Positions 1 to 9,516 of a DNA stretch of 64,000 nt are shown piece by piece. The position numbers and the translations under genes are program-made. How positions within the stretch are numbered: position 1 is the first letter of the stretch; each line of letters opens with the position of its first letter. Location: positions 148,466-212,465 of the forward strand of contig CAZFZS010000001.1 of assembly GCA_964523485.1 (NCBI GenBank). The letters run 5' to 3'. This DNA comes from an uncultured Phycisphaeraceae bacterium (GTDB lineage Bacteria; Planctomycetota; Phycisphaerae; Phycisphaerales; Phycisphaeraceae). The notes beneath the pieces were generated by a model. It saw nothing but the letters and a program-made list of their open reading frames with translations. It was not told the DNA's origin and did no database searches.

Positions 1-5
1 TCGCG

Positions 6-3000
6 TTGGAGAACTACGGCAAATCGCTTGGCAAAGACAACACGGATGTCGAGGTGTTGCTCAAGTACATCGACACGATGCGCAGCGTCCGCGTCAACGA
101 CTCGATCGAGGCCCGTGAATTCCTGCAGACGATCTTCAGCCAATACCGCATCGCGACCGAGATGCGGCCGGCAGATCAGCAATTGCTCGATGACTTTTTC
201 CAGATGGTTTATGACTGGGCGCAAGACACCCAGGACCTGGATCTGTACCAGAGCATCGAACGCATTGCGACCGGCAAGCTCGAAGCCAATCCTCAAAGCA
301 CGACGGCTCTCAAGTGGCGGGCGATCGCCCAGACCCGCCGAATGGGCATCGACCTGCCGGAAGACCGTTTCGATGAATTGCTTCAGGACCTTGAAACCGC
401 AAAACAGGCTTTTCCCGATGACCCCGATTTGCTGCATCACCTGGCTCGATTCAAGGTGTTCCAAGCTCAGCGATTGGACGGTGACGACCTGACCGACGAG
501 CAGCAACAGCAGGTCGATCAACTACATCAGGAAGCGGTTGAGCATTCTCGGCAGGCCTTCGAGGCGAACCCGAATAATGGGCAGGCCGCGGCCGATCACA
601 TTGCAATCCTTCTTTCTGAAAGTATTGATAACCGCGACGAGGCCCGCCCGGTGCTCGCCGGGCTGGAGTCGTATCTGCTGGAGAATCCGGACCCGCCGAA
701 GCTGGTACGTCGCGTGGCCGATCTGCTGCCGGTGCTGTATCGGCCGACCGAAGAGCAAGCCGAAGCCGAAACTGAAGGTGAAGCTCAGGGTCAGCAGGTC
801 TCGGAGGGGGTGCAGCGGGCTGAGCGTCTGCTTCGCCGTGCGATCGAGCGTCGGCCGTCCAACCTGATGTTCCGCGTCCAGTTGGCGGGTCTTTTAAGAG
901 GCCAGGGTCGGCTGGAGGACGCACTTGAAGTCAATGAACAGGCAAAGACGATCGAAACGACCGGCACCGCGGAGATGTCTCGGTTGCAGGGAGCGCTCAA
1001 ACCACAGATCAGCTACGACATCGCCACGATCAAGATTCAGTTGGCCCAGCGGACGGACGATCCGGGCAGACGAGAAGCATTGCTGAAAGAAGCCGAAGAG
1101 GCGACTGAGCAACTGATCGATCTGGCGGGTGAATCCGCGGGAGCTTTACTGCTGCAGGGCAAGTTGGCGATGCAGGAGCGGTCCTGGTCCGAGGCGATGA
1201 TCAAGATCGACCGGGCCAGCGATATGTTCAAGGATCGCAACCTCGAGGCGCTGCTATTGTCGGCGCAGGCCCGCTCCCAGGCGGGGCAGTGGGGGGCTGC
1301 TCTGTCAAGGCTGCGGCAGGTGATGCCGATGATCCGCGATAACCCGCAGGTCGAATTGCAGACGCGGATCCGTCGGCAGTTGGCGGGGATGCTGATCCGT
1401 GCCAACGAATTGGACGATGCCCGCGAACAGCTTCGCATTTTGTTGGAGGCCGATCCGCAGGACGCCCAGGCCCGCCGCCTTCTCGCCCAGTGGTACGCCG
1501 CCTCGGGCCAGTCCGCCGATGCCACGCAGATCCTTGAGTCGTTCGAGAGTCAGGATGCCGGCACGACGCGCTCGCTCGTTCAGGCTTACCTGCGCGATGG
1601 CCGCACCGAAGAAGCGCAGACCCTGATCCGCGAGTCTTTTGAGAAAGACCCCAGTGAGATTTGGCTGCTCCAATCGATGCTTTCGATGACACGCGAGGAC
1701 GAAGCCCGGCTGGAATTGATCGCACGCAGCCGAGAGGCCGGAGCCAGTTCCGCGATCCTCGACCTGCTCGAGTCGCAGATCAACAACGAAGGTCAGATGG
1801 CCTACGAAGACATGGTCGAACGCCTCGCTTCAGAAGACGCCCAGCCGTTGCAGCTCGCTCTGAATAAAGCCCGCCATTATTTGGAGCGAAATGAGTTAGA
1901 CCAAGCCCGCAAGTTTTATGAGCAGGCGAAAGCTATCGACGCGGAAGCGTCAGAAGTGAAGCTGATGTCGCTGGATTTCGCGATCCAAGAAGAAGATTTC
2001 GACACGGCGGATCGATTGGTCGCTCAATTGGCTCGGGAGAACGCGGACCTGGCTCAGGGCCACCTGCTGCGTGCCCGTCTCGCCGAGGCCAAGGGGCAGT
2101 TGCCCCAGGCGATTTCGTCCTACCGCACCGCGATGGAACTGCGCCCAGTCTTTGACCGGGGCTGGCAGATGTATGGCTCAGCTTTGCTTCGCAACGGCGA
2201 AACGGAACGAGCGATCGAAGCGTTTGGCAAGGCGGTCAGTCAGCGTCCTGACAACTTGCAGGCTTTGCTCGGTTTGGCCCAGTCGCAAATGCAGGCCGGC
2301 CGAACCACGCAAGGCTTGGAGACGATGCGTAACGCTTATGTGAAAAATCCGAACAACGCTTCGTTGCGTGAACAGTACCTGCGCCTGGAAGTTGCACAGG
2401 GCTCGCCGCAGCGGGCGCTCCAAATCCGCGAAGCGATCGCGCAGCGAAATCCGGAAAACCTCGACAACCGTTTTATGTTGGCGATGACGCAGGCCAATGC
2501 GGATCAGATCGACGAAGCGCTGTCGACACTGGATGACATTGAGGATGCGCAAGGCCAATCGCTGCGGACCGTTTCGATCCGTTCACAGATCCTGTTAGAT
2601 GCCGAACAGCCCGAAGAGGCCCGGCGGGTGGTTGAAGACTACGTCGCCTCGCAGGGCGATGAAGCCAGCCTGCAGGACTTGCTGACCCGGGCCCGGGTGC
2701 TGCGTCGTGTCGACGGCATAGACGCTGCCGCGTCGGCCTATCAGCAAGCAATCAGTATCGAGAACCCTCAGCAGATGCAGGCCTCCCGCGAGTGGGCTGA
2801 TGCCCTGTTCGATGCGGGTCAGACGGAGCAAGCGAGTGAGGTCTATCAGCAGGTCTACGCTTCGGTGCAGGATGAATCCTCCCGGCAGGCGATCGGCCTG
2901 CGGCTGACTGAAAGCTATGTCCGGACGAATCAACTCGATGCAGCAGCAGCAATGCTGCGAGAGATCGAGCAGGATGCGACAGCGAAAAGCTTGGCCGCCA

Positions 3001-4361
3001 TCATCGCGCAGCAGCGCGGCAACCGCGATCAAGCTCTGACGTTAATTAACGAAGCGATCGCTGCGAACAGCCGCAATGCCATGGCTTACATCCAGCGGGC
3101 TTCCATCCTGGCCACCGAGCCTGACCAACGCGACCGCGCGCTGAACGATGTCGAACAGGCCCTCAAGCTTCGTCCCAACATGCCGGAAGCTTTGTCGCTT
3201 AAAGCGCAGCTCCTGCTGGCCGAAGGTGCATCGACGCAGCAGGCCATCGACGCCCTCGAATCCATGCTGCGTCAGACGCCGGACAACAACCCGGTTCGCC
3301 TGCAACTCGCGCAGCTATACTCGCGGGCGGGTCAGGCCGACGCGATGAATAATCTGGTAACGCAAAGCCGTGAACTGTATCCCGAAAATTCACAGTGGAT
3401 GCAGTTGGCCGCGGGCGTGGCTCAGCAGCGTGGCGAGACCGGTCGGGCGGTATCACTCCTGGAGCAGGCGGTCGAAATCGAGGCGACCCCGCAACGCATC
3501 GCCAGCCTGGTCGAGCTTTATCTCGAGACAGACCGGCCCCGCTCGGCGGAAGCATTAATCAACAATCATCCGGAACTGCTGAACACCTCGCCCACAATGC
3601 AGGCGCTTCGTGGTTCGACGCTGGCTGCACTGGACGACGAGCAGGGGGCAACGCGTGTGTTCCATCTGGCGCTCGAGCGTGCGACTGCGCCCGGCGAGGT
3701 CGGGCTCATCGTCTCGCGTGCCGTGGAATCGATTGGTTTGGATACGGTCATCGCCTCGGTCGCCGATTCGGTCTCGGGCGAAAAATCAGCTTGGGTCGAA
3801 CTGACGCTGCTGCCCAGACTGGCCGCCGATCAGCGGCAGGAAGAGGCGCTCAGCCGCATTAGAAATCTAAGCGAAGTCGAGAATGAAGCGATTGCGACCC
3901 GGCTCAAGCAGTTCGAAGCGCTCTTCAACCAGCAGCTTGGTCGATATCAGGAAGCCCGCGACATCTATCGGCAGGTACTGGAAGCGCAGCCCGATAACGT
4001 CGAAGTGCTCAACAACTTGGCGTATCTGTTGGCAAAAAATTTGAATCAGGCTCAAGCGGCGGTACCTTTGGCTGAGCGTGCGGCCGGAATTTTGCCCGAA
4101 AATGCCGAGATCCTCGATACACTGGGGCTTGCCCAGCTCAACGCGGGTCAAACCGCAAACGCCCGTACCACTCTGGAGCGGAGCGTACAGATCAAGCCCC
4201 TTCCGATTAACACTTTGCACCTGGCCCAGGTGTACATGGAACTTGAACTAGCGGGCAGGGCGAGCCAGCAACTCCGCCGTTCGATCGAGTTGGCTCGCGA
4301 AGCCGGCGAACAGGACATCCAGAATCAGGCCCAGTCGTTGCTCGACAGCCTCTCGCAGTGA
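6..4361 (+). CDS. Very large TPR-repeat protein (PrsT-like), 5'-truncated by the window edge
   Basis: 1451-aa ORF open to the left edge; many TPR-like helical repeats (e.g. VEVLNNLAYLLA, AEILDTLG, YRTAMELRP); directly upstream of a Wzc-like gene. Confidence 0.85.
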   Translation: MENYGKSLGKDNTDVEVLLKYIDTMRSVRVNDSIEAREFLQTIFSQYRIATEMRPADQQLLDDFFQMVYDWAQDTQDLDLYQSIERIATGKLEANPQSTTALKWRAIAQTRRMGIDLPEDRFDELLQDLETAKQAFPDDPDLLHHLARFKVFQAQRLDGDDLTDEQQQQVDQLHQEAVEHSRQAFEANPNNGQAAADHIAILLSESIDNRDEARPVLAGLESYLLENPDPPKLVRRVADLLPVLYRPTEEQAEAETEGEAQGQQVSEGVQRAERLLRRAIERRPSNLMFRVQLAGLLRGQGRLEDALEVNEQAKTIETTGTAEMSRLQGALKPQISYDIATIKIQLAQRTDDPGRREALLKEAEEATEQLIDLAGESAGALLLQGKLAMQERSWSEAMIKIDRASDMFKDRNLEALLLSAQARSQAGQWGAALSRLRQVMPMIRDNPQVELQTRIRRQLAGMLIRANELDDAREQLRILLEADPQDAQARRLLAQWYAASGQSADATQILESFESQDAGTTRSLVQAYLRDGRTEEAQTLIRESFEKDPSEIWLLQSMLSMTREDEARLELIARSREAGASSAILDLLESQINNEGQMAYEDMVERLASEDAQPLQLALNKARHYLERNELDQARKFYEQAKAIDAEASEVKLMSLDFAIQEEDFDTADRLVAQLARENADLAQGHLLRARLAEAKGQLPQAISSYRTAMELRPVFDRGWQMYGSALLRNGETERAIEAFGKAVSQRPDNLQALLGLAQSQMQAGRTTQGLETMRNAYVKNPNNASLREQYLRLEVAQGSPQRALQIREAIAQRNPENLDNRFMLAMTQANADQIDEALSTLDDIEDAQGQSLRTVSIRSQILLDAEQPEEARRVVEDYVASQGDEASLQDLLTRARVLRRVDGIDAAASAYQQAISIENPQQMQASREWADALFDAGQTEQASEVYQQVYASVQDESSRQAIGLRLTESYVRTNQLDAAAAMLREIEQDATAKSLAAIIAQQRGNRDQALTLINEAIAANSRNAMAYIQRASILATEPDQRDRALNDVEQALKLRPNMPEALSLKAQLLLAEGASTQQAIDALESMLRQTPDNNPVRLQLAQLYSRAGQADAMNNLVTQSRELYPENSQWMQLAAGVAQQRGETGRAVSLLEQAVEIEATPQRIASLVELYLETDRPRSAEALINNHPELLNTSPTMQALRGSTLAALDDEQGATRVFHLALERATAPGEVGLIVSRAVESIGLDTVIASVADSVSGEKSAWVELTLLPRLAADQRQEEALSRIRNLSEVENEAIATRLKQFEALFNQQLGRYQEARDIYRQVLEAQPDNVEVLNNLAYLLAKNLNQAQAAVPLAERAAGILPENAEILDTLGLAQLNAGQTANARTTLERSVQIKPLPINTLHLAQVYMELELAGRASQQLRRSIELAREAGEQDIQNQAQSLLDSLSQ

Positions 4362-4371
4362 GAACCTCCGT

Positions 4372-6768
4372 ATGACCGCCAACCCACTCTCCAACATCCC
4401 GCCGCTGGGTCAGCCCACGGGCATGCAGCCTCCGCCGTCGTCTGGCAAGTTCAAGCCGATCGACCCGATGCGGCTGCTACGCAAATATATGTGGTTGCTG
4501 ATCATCACCGCTGTGATCGGCATCGGCATCGGCGTCGGACTGACGCTGCTGCTCAAAGCTAAATCACCCAAGTACGCATCGGAAGCAGCGTTGCTGGTCG
4601 ACGCGGCCGGCTTGAGCGATCCTTGGGGCGCCGGCCAGGCTGAAAACAGCCAGGCCCGCGATGAAGATATCGAACGCTACATCCAGAACCAGATCAGCTA
4701 CATCAAATCGGACGAAATTATTCGGCAGGCGATCGCCAAGTACGAGATTCAGAACTCGCAGTGGTTTGCGCAGTTCAACAATGATGTGCAGAAAGCTCAG
4801 AAGGTGCTCCAGGAAGAACTGCTTGGTGTCAGCCATCCGCGTGGCAGCACGATTATCGCGTTGAAGCTGACGACACGCCATGAAGACGATGCCAAGCCGA
4901 TGCTCGAAGCGGTGGTGTCGACCTATTTGGGATCAAAACGTCTGGAGCAGACCGAAGAGGGCTCGGCCTTGCGTCGGGTGTTTCTCACCGAGCGCGATGC
5001 AGCGGATGACGAGGTCATCCGTTTGCGTGAGCGAATCTCCCGATTTGTTCGTGACAACGAGATCGACAGCCTCCGCGGCAGCCGTAGCGAAACCGAAGCA
5101 CGATTTGCAACGCTGAGCAACGAGCAGATCGTGATGAGTCTGGAACTCGACCGGGCGACGCAGGCCTACGACAGCTTGTTGGCCTCGGCCGACGTCGCGG
5201 AAATGAACGAAGAGGAATACGCCTACATCAAGATGCTGCCCGAGGTGGCGACTCGGGAAGAGCAGTTGATTCAGCTCGAAGAGCAGAAGTCGATTCTGCT
5301 CTCACAAGGCTTGAAACCGCAACACCCCGAAGTCGAAAGGCTCAATCGGACTTCCCGTGCCGTCGAAAGCAAGCTGCAACGCGAAATTGAGAAAGAACTC
5401 GGCGAACTGCGAGCCCTTCAGATCAAACAGGCGTCCAAAGCCAAGGAAGCGGTGGCTGCGAACCTGCAGGCCCTACAGCCGAAGCTTCAGCAGGCCGCTT
5501 TACGCAAGCAGGAACTGACAGCGAAGCTCGATGAATACGCGGCGTTGGAGGAAGCCCGCGTTCTGGCTCAGGAAAAATTTGCCCGTGCGGTCGCGGCGCT
5601 CGATGAGCTTCGGCTGCGTGAAGTTCGGCCGGATGCGGTGCGGGTCAGCAGCTTTTCCCGCGCTTCCGAAGCCGAACTGACCTTCCCGAAACTGCCCGTC
5701 GTGGTTGGCGGCACAACATTGCTGTTGCTCGGTTTAGTCGGCGGCCTGCTGACACTCCGCGAGATGCTGGACCAGAAAGTCCGCAGCCCGATGGACATCA
5801 AACTGCTGCCCGATGCCCAGATGCTCGGCCTGATCCCGCACGCCAGCGAAGACCCCTCCGGCAACAGCGAGCCGGAACTGACGGTCGAACATGCACCGAC
5901 CGGTTTGCTCGCCGAGTCGTACCGGCAGGTCCGCACCGCGGTGCTCGGGAAGATGGATCGGCGGGGATATAAATCGCTGGTTTGCGTGGGCGCTAAACCC
6001 GGCGCAGGCGTTTCGGTCGTCACGCAGAACCTTGCTGCGAGTTTGGCTCACAACGGCCGACGTGTGCTGATCGTCGATACTAACTTCCGCCGACCCCAGC
6101 AGCACGAAATTGTGCACAGCGACAACCGTCAGGGCCTGATCGATATACTCGAAGACCGTGCGACACTGGACGAGGTCGTCTTGGAGCGCGAAGGCATCTC
6201 TGTATCCATTCTTCCGACCGGCAACGCCGCGGACCGCCCGCCCGAAGTCCTCGAAAGCCCGGCTTTCAGGAATCTGCTCAACGAACTTGAATCGCAATAT
6301 GACTTGATTCTTATTGACACCGCCCCGGCGTTGTTGACCTCGGACTGCCAGCTGCTCGCCAAGCATGTCGACGCAATAGCGATCGTTGTCCGTGCCGACG
6401 CCGACCAGCGTGGCATGCTCAGTCGAATGCTTAATCGCCTGGATGGCCAGCGGGCCGACATCTTGGGCATCGTGCTTAACGGCGTCCGCTCCGCGGCTGG
6501 CGGGTACTTCCGCAAGTCCTACGAAGAGTTCTACCGCTACAACCAGAACGGGGCCAACGGTAAGTCCGGCAAGTCCGGCAAATCAAAACGTGGCAAGTCC
6601 CGCCGCGGGGCTGAGCCTGTCGTGGCCGCGGCTCCGAGCCGAGAGGACAGCGCGGACTTCGACGATCTGGAATTGCTGGCCGATAATGCGGGTCGCGCAG
6701 ACCAAGCGTTCGCAAACCTCGAAGAGTCGGCTGAGATTGCAGAGCAGGACAAGAACGGCCACGCTTAG
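4372..6768 (+). CDS. wzc: Wzc/GumC-CapB-like polysaccharide co-polymerase with BY-kinase-like domain (degenerate Walker A)
   Basis: N-terminal TM, coiled-coil periplasmic region, second TM, ESYRQVRT, LIVDTNFRRP, LILIDTAP, GIVLNGV, Tyr cluster GYFRKSYEEFYRY. Confidence 0.88.
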   Translation: MTANPLSNIPPLGQPTGMQPPPSSGKFKPIDPMRLLRKYMWLLIITAVIGIGIGVGLTLLLKAKSPKYASEAALLVDAAGLSDPWGAGQAENSQARDEDIERYIQNQISYIKSDEIIRQAIAKYEIQNSQWFAQFNNDVQKAQKVLQEELLGVSHPRGSTIIALKLTTRHEDDAKPMLEAVVSTYLGSKRLEQTEEGSALRRVFLTERDAADDEVIRLRERISRFVRDNEIDSLRGSRSETEARFATLSNEQIVMSLELDRATQAYDSLLASADVAEMNEEEYAYIKMLPEVATREEQLIQLEEQKSILLSQGLKPQHPEVERLNRTSRAVESKLQREIEKELGELRALQIKQASKAKEAVAANLQALQPKLQQAALRKQELTAKLDEYAALEEARVLAQEKFARAVAALDELRLREVRPDAVRVSSFSRASEAELTFPKLPVVVGGTTLLLLGLVGGLLTLREMLDQKVRSPMDIKLLPDAQMLGLIPHASEDPSGNSEPELTVEHAPTGLLAESYRQVRTAVLGKMDRRGYKSLVCVGAKPGAGVSVVTQNLAASLAHNGRRVLIVDTNFRRPQQHEIVHSDNRQGLIDILEDRATLDEVVLEREGISVSILPTGNAADRPPEVLESPAFRNLLNELESQYDLILIDTAPALLTSDCQLLAKHVDAIAIVVRADADQRGMLSRMLNRLDGQRADILGIVLNGVRSAAGGYFRKSYEEFYRYNQNGANGKSGKSGKSKRGKSRRGAEPVVAAAPSREDSADFDDLELLADNAGRADQAFANLEESAEIAEQDKNGHA

Positions 6769-6853
6769 CAATATAAATCGCGGTGAGCCGTTATGATATG
6801 GCTCCCTATTGATTCATCGTTTCGAGTGTTTCACCTGCCTCCCGGATATTTGT

Positions 6854-7879
6854 TTGACGCATGGCATCACGATCATCACCGGGGGCGCTGGATTCATCGG
6901 CTCGCACCTGAGTGAACAACTCAAGCGGGACGGCCATCGCTTGCGTTTGATCGATGACCTTTCCACCGGCAGCCGATCGAATGTCGAGCACCTGCTCGAT
7001 GACCAATGCGAATTAATCGAAGCCAAAGCGGCTCAGGTTGCCGAAGACCCATCGCTCTTCGAGGGTGTCACACGGGTGTTCCACCTGGCCGCCGCCGTCG
7101 GCGTCAAGTTGGTTGTTGATGACCCGGCCGGGATGATACGCAACAACATCGATGAAACCGATGCGGTGCTCCGTGCGGCGGGGCGGGTGAACGCGGCGGT
7201 GCTCATTACTTCATCCAGCGAGGTCTATGGCAAATGCCCGGTCCTGCCCCTCGCTGAAGACATGGACCTGGTCTACGGCCCGACGACCGCCTCGCGATGG
7301 AGCTACGGCCTGAGCAAGGCCATCGATGAACATCTTGCGATCGATCTGGCTCGGCGGATCGGCCTGCGGTCGGTGGTGGTACGACTGTTTAACACGATCG
7401 GACCTCGCCAGATCGGGCGGTATGGCATGGTCGTGCCCCGCATGGTCGCCCAGGCTGTGAACGGTGAGCCGCTGACGATTTATGGCGACGGCGAACAGAC
7501 CCGCGCGTTTTGTGATGTCCGCGACGTGGTCCGTGCACTGAGCCAACTGATCGACACGGTTGCAGCCTACGGCGGGGTCTACAACGTCGGGTCCACCTCG
7601 CCGATTTCCATCAACACGCTTGCGGATCAGATCAGCGAGGCGGTGGTCGAAGCGGGGCTGCCTCAGCCGGTTCGGAAACGCATCGCTTATGAGGTCGCCT
7701 ATGGCGAGGGCTTCGAGGACCCGCCGCATCGCCTGCCGGACATGACCCGGCTGCAACAGGCCATCGGCTTCAGTCCCGAGATCAAGCTGAAGCAGACTCT
7801 ACGCGAACTGGTCCGAGATCAGATTGAATCGAGCGGGCAAAATACGGCTGCTTCTTCCGCGCAGGAGGCACCGGCATGA
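6854..7879 (+). CDS. NAD-dependent nucleotide-sugar epimerase/dehydratase (extended SDR)
   Basis: ITGGAGFIGSHL, HLAAAVGV, TSSSEVYG, YGLSK (YxxxK), RLFNTIGPRQ; start uncertain (TTG 6854 preferred over the ORF-track start 6809). Confidence 0.92.
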   Translation: MTHGITIITGGAGFIGSHLSEQLKRDGHRLRLIDDLSTGSRSNVEHLLDDQCELIEAKAAQVAEDPSLFEGVTRVFHLAAAVGVKLVVDDPAGMIRNNIDETDAVLRAAGRVNAAVLITSSSEVYGKCPVLPLAEDMDLVYGPTTASRWSYGLSKAIDEHLAIDLARRIGLRSVVVRLFNTIGPRQIGRYGMVVPRMVAQAVNGEPLTIYGDGEQTRAFCDVRDVVRALSQLIDTVAAYGGVYNVGSTSPISINTLADQISEAVVEAGLPQPVRKRIAYEVAYGEGFEDPPHRLPDMTRLQQAIGFSPEIKLKQTLRELVRDQIESSGQNTAASSAQEAPA

Positions 7880-9183
7880 TCGGCCTGCTTGCCTATGCTG
7901 AGCCTGCCAATGCGCCCGAATCGCTCAGCCCGCTCGCAGTCTTGTCACCCTACATGGGTGTTTTTTTCGTGGCGTTCTTTGTCGCGATTATCAGCACACC
8001 GATTCTGACCAAGTTAGCCACAGCCAATGGCATCGTGGATTGGCCCGACCTGAAGCGGAAGAATCACATCAAGCCCGTCGCGTACCTCGGGGGTATTGCG
8101 ATCTTCATCGCGTGGATTGCCGGGGTGATTGCGAGTCATTATTTCTCACCTGCCATCAGTAAGGCCGGCTTCCCCTTGACGCTGATCCTCGGTGCCGGTT
8201 TGATTACCGCCACCGGGTTGATCGATGATGTCTACGGCCTTCGAGCCCGCGTTAAACTCGGCGGCCAACTCTTTGCCGCCGCGGCCCTGACCGCCCAGCA
8301 CGTCGGCTTCGAATTTACCGAATCCCTGACCGGGGCTATTGGCTTGGAGCTCTCGTCGCAGCTGATCTATTTCCTGACAACCTTTTACGTTGCTGTTCTC
8401 GTCTTAGGCGGTTGCAACGCGGTCAATCTGATTGATGGTTTGGATGGCTTGGCGTCGGGCGTGGTTGCAATCGCCATGACAGGCTTCTTGGTGATCGCGC
8501 TGATTACTGCACAGCCGAATACGATTGCGGCGATCAACAGCCCGGTCACGATCGTGCTCTGCCTCGCCACCCTCGGGGCGATCCTGGGGTTCCTGCCCTA
8601 CAACTTCAACCCGGCAAGCATCTTCATGGGGGACGCCGGTTCCCTGCTGCTGGGCTTCCTTGCCGTCAGTGCGATCCTCATGCTCGGCGAGGCGGGGTCG
8701 CAGGCTTTACGGGTGGTGACCGCGGCGTTGATCGTCTTTGCCGTGCCGATCACCGATACCTCCCTCGCGATCATCCGCCGGAAGATGCGGGGCCAGCCCA
8801 TCATGAGCCCGGACAACCAGCACCTGCACCACCTGCTGCGACGCACGGGCATGTCGGTCCGCAAAGCGGTGCTGTGCATGTACAGCCTGGCGGTGATCTT
8901 CGCCCTGATCGGCATCCTGCTCATTGCTCTGGATTTGCAGTGGCGATACGTATTGGCAGTCTTCTTCGTGGTTTACGGCTTCATCATGGTGACCGCGTTC
9001 AAATACGGCAGCCATTGCCTGACGCGCGACCGCCTGCGTGCGCAGGCCTTGGCCGAGGTGCCGATCCCGGCCAGGGCACCGATCGACCAGTCGGAAAACG
9101 GCTACACCGACCAAGGCGTCAACGGCGACAGCGCCGCGAGCTTCACCGAGCCGACCTCGGCCGGGAATGGCCGAACGGCGTAG
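7876..9183 (+). CDS. wecA: MraY/WecA/TagO family undecaprenyl-phosphate GlcNAc-1-phosphate transferase
   Basis: Multi-TM; GLIDD, NAVNLIDGLDGLASG, FLPYNFNPASIFMGDAGS, HLHHLL; 4-bp start/stop overlap with the epimerase. Confidence 0.92.
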   Translation: MIGLLAYAEPANAPESLSPLAVLSPYMGVFFVAFFVAIISTPILTKLATANGIVDWPDLKRKNHIKPVAYLGGIAIFIAWIAGVIASHYFSPAISKAGFPLTLILGAGLITATGLIDDVYGLRARVKLGGQLFAAAALTAQHVGFEFTESLTGAIGLELSSQLIYFLTTFYVAVLVLGGCNAVNLIDGLDGLASGVVAIAMTGFLVIALITAQPNTIAAINSPVTIVLCLATLGAILGFLPYNFNPASIFMGDAGSLLLGFLAVSAILMLGEAGSQALRVVTAALIVFAVPITDTSLAIIRRKMRGQPIMSPDNQHLHHLLRRTGMSVRKAVLCMYSLAVIFALIGILLIALDLQWRYVLAVFFVVYGFIMVTAFKYGSHCLTRDRLRAQALAEVPIPARAPIDQSENGYTDQGVNGDSAASFTEPTSAGNGRTA

Positions 9184-9212
9184 AACTGATTGGAATTCGG
9201 CAAATCTAAAAT

Positions 9213-9240
9213 TTGCAGCGGGGCTTAGTTGCGTTACAAT
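9213..9240 (+). promoter_or_regulatory. Putative sigma70 promoter of rpsB-tsf
   Basis: TTGCAG-N16-TACAAT, 276 nt upstream of the rpsB start. Confidence 0.6.
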
Positions 9241-9516
9241 GCGGCACGCGGCGGAGTTGCCGCGCGTCAAGGTCTGTGCTGCCGAGGGTGGATGTCCCGC
9301 CTTCCGGATCGCTCGCACAGGCTTTTTTGTTGACCCAGCCCTCGGTCGGGGCGAGCCTGCGGCACGGAGCCGACGGTTCGATTCCCCCCTCGACGCGGCC
9401 TGCCGATCTTGAAATCGGCACCGCGGACCTCGGCGACCCTGCGTGGCATGATCCCACGCCTTTTTATTCAGCATGGCCCGGCTCGATGGTAAGCCCGGCC
9501 GCAAGGAGTCTCTCGC
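9241..9516 (+). promoter_or_regulatory. Structured rpsB 5' leader (candidate S2 autoregulatory/t44-like element)
   Basis: Several hairpins (9247-9264, 9272-9322+T6, 9401-9420, 9441-9459+T5) and a GGTTCGATTCC T-loop-like motif at 9375-9385. Confidence 0.5.

Noticed and set aside
1-3100. CGATCG/GCGATCGC abundance as a HIP1-like signal (about 7 in the first 3 kb)
   Set aside because: Plausibly explained by preferred ATC/GAT/GCG codons in a high-GC genome; needs a codon-aware null before any claim.
9345-9394. Possible tRNA in the rpsB leader (GGTTCGATTCC, acceptor-like 7-bp stem)
   Set aside because: Only about 50 nt, no D or anticodon arm and a mismatched T-stem; kept only as a leader motif.
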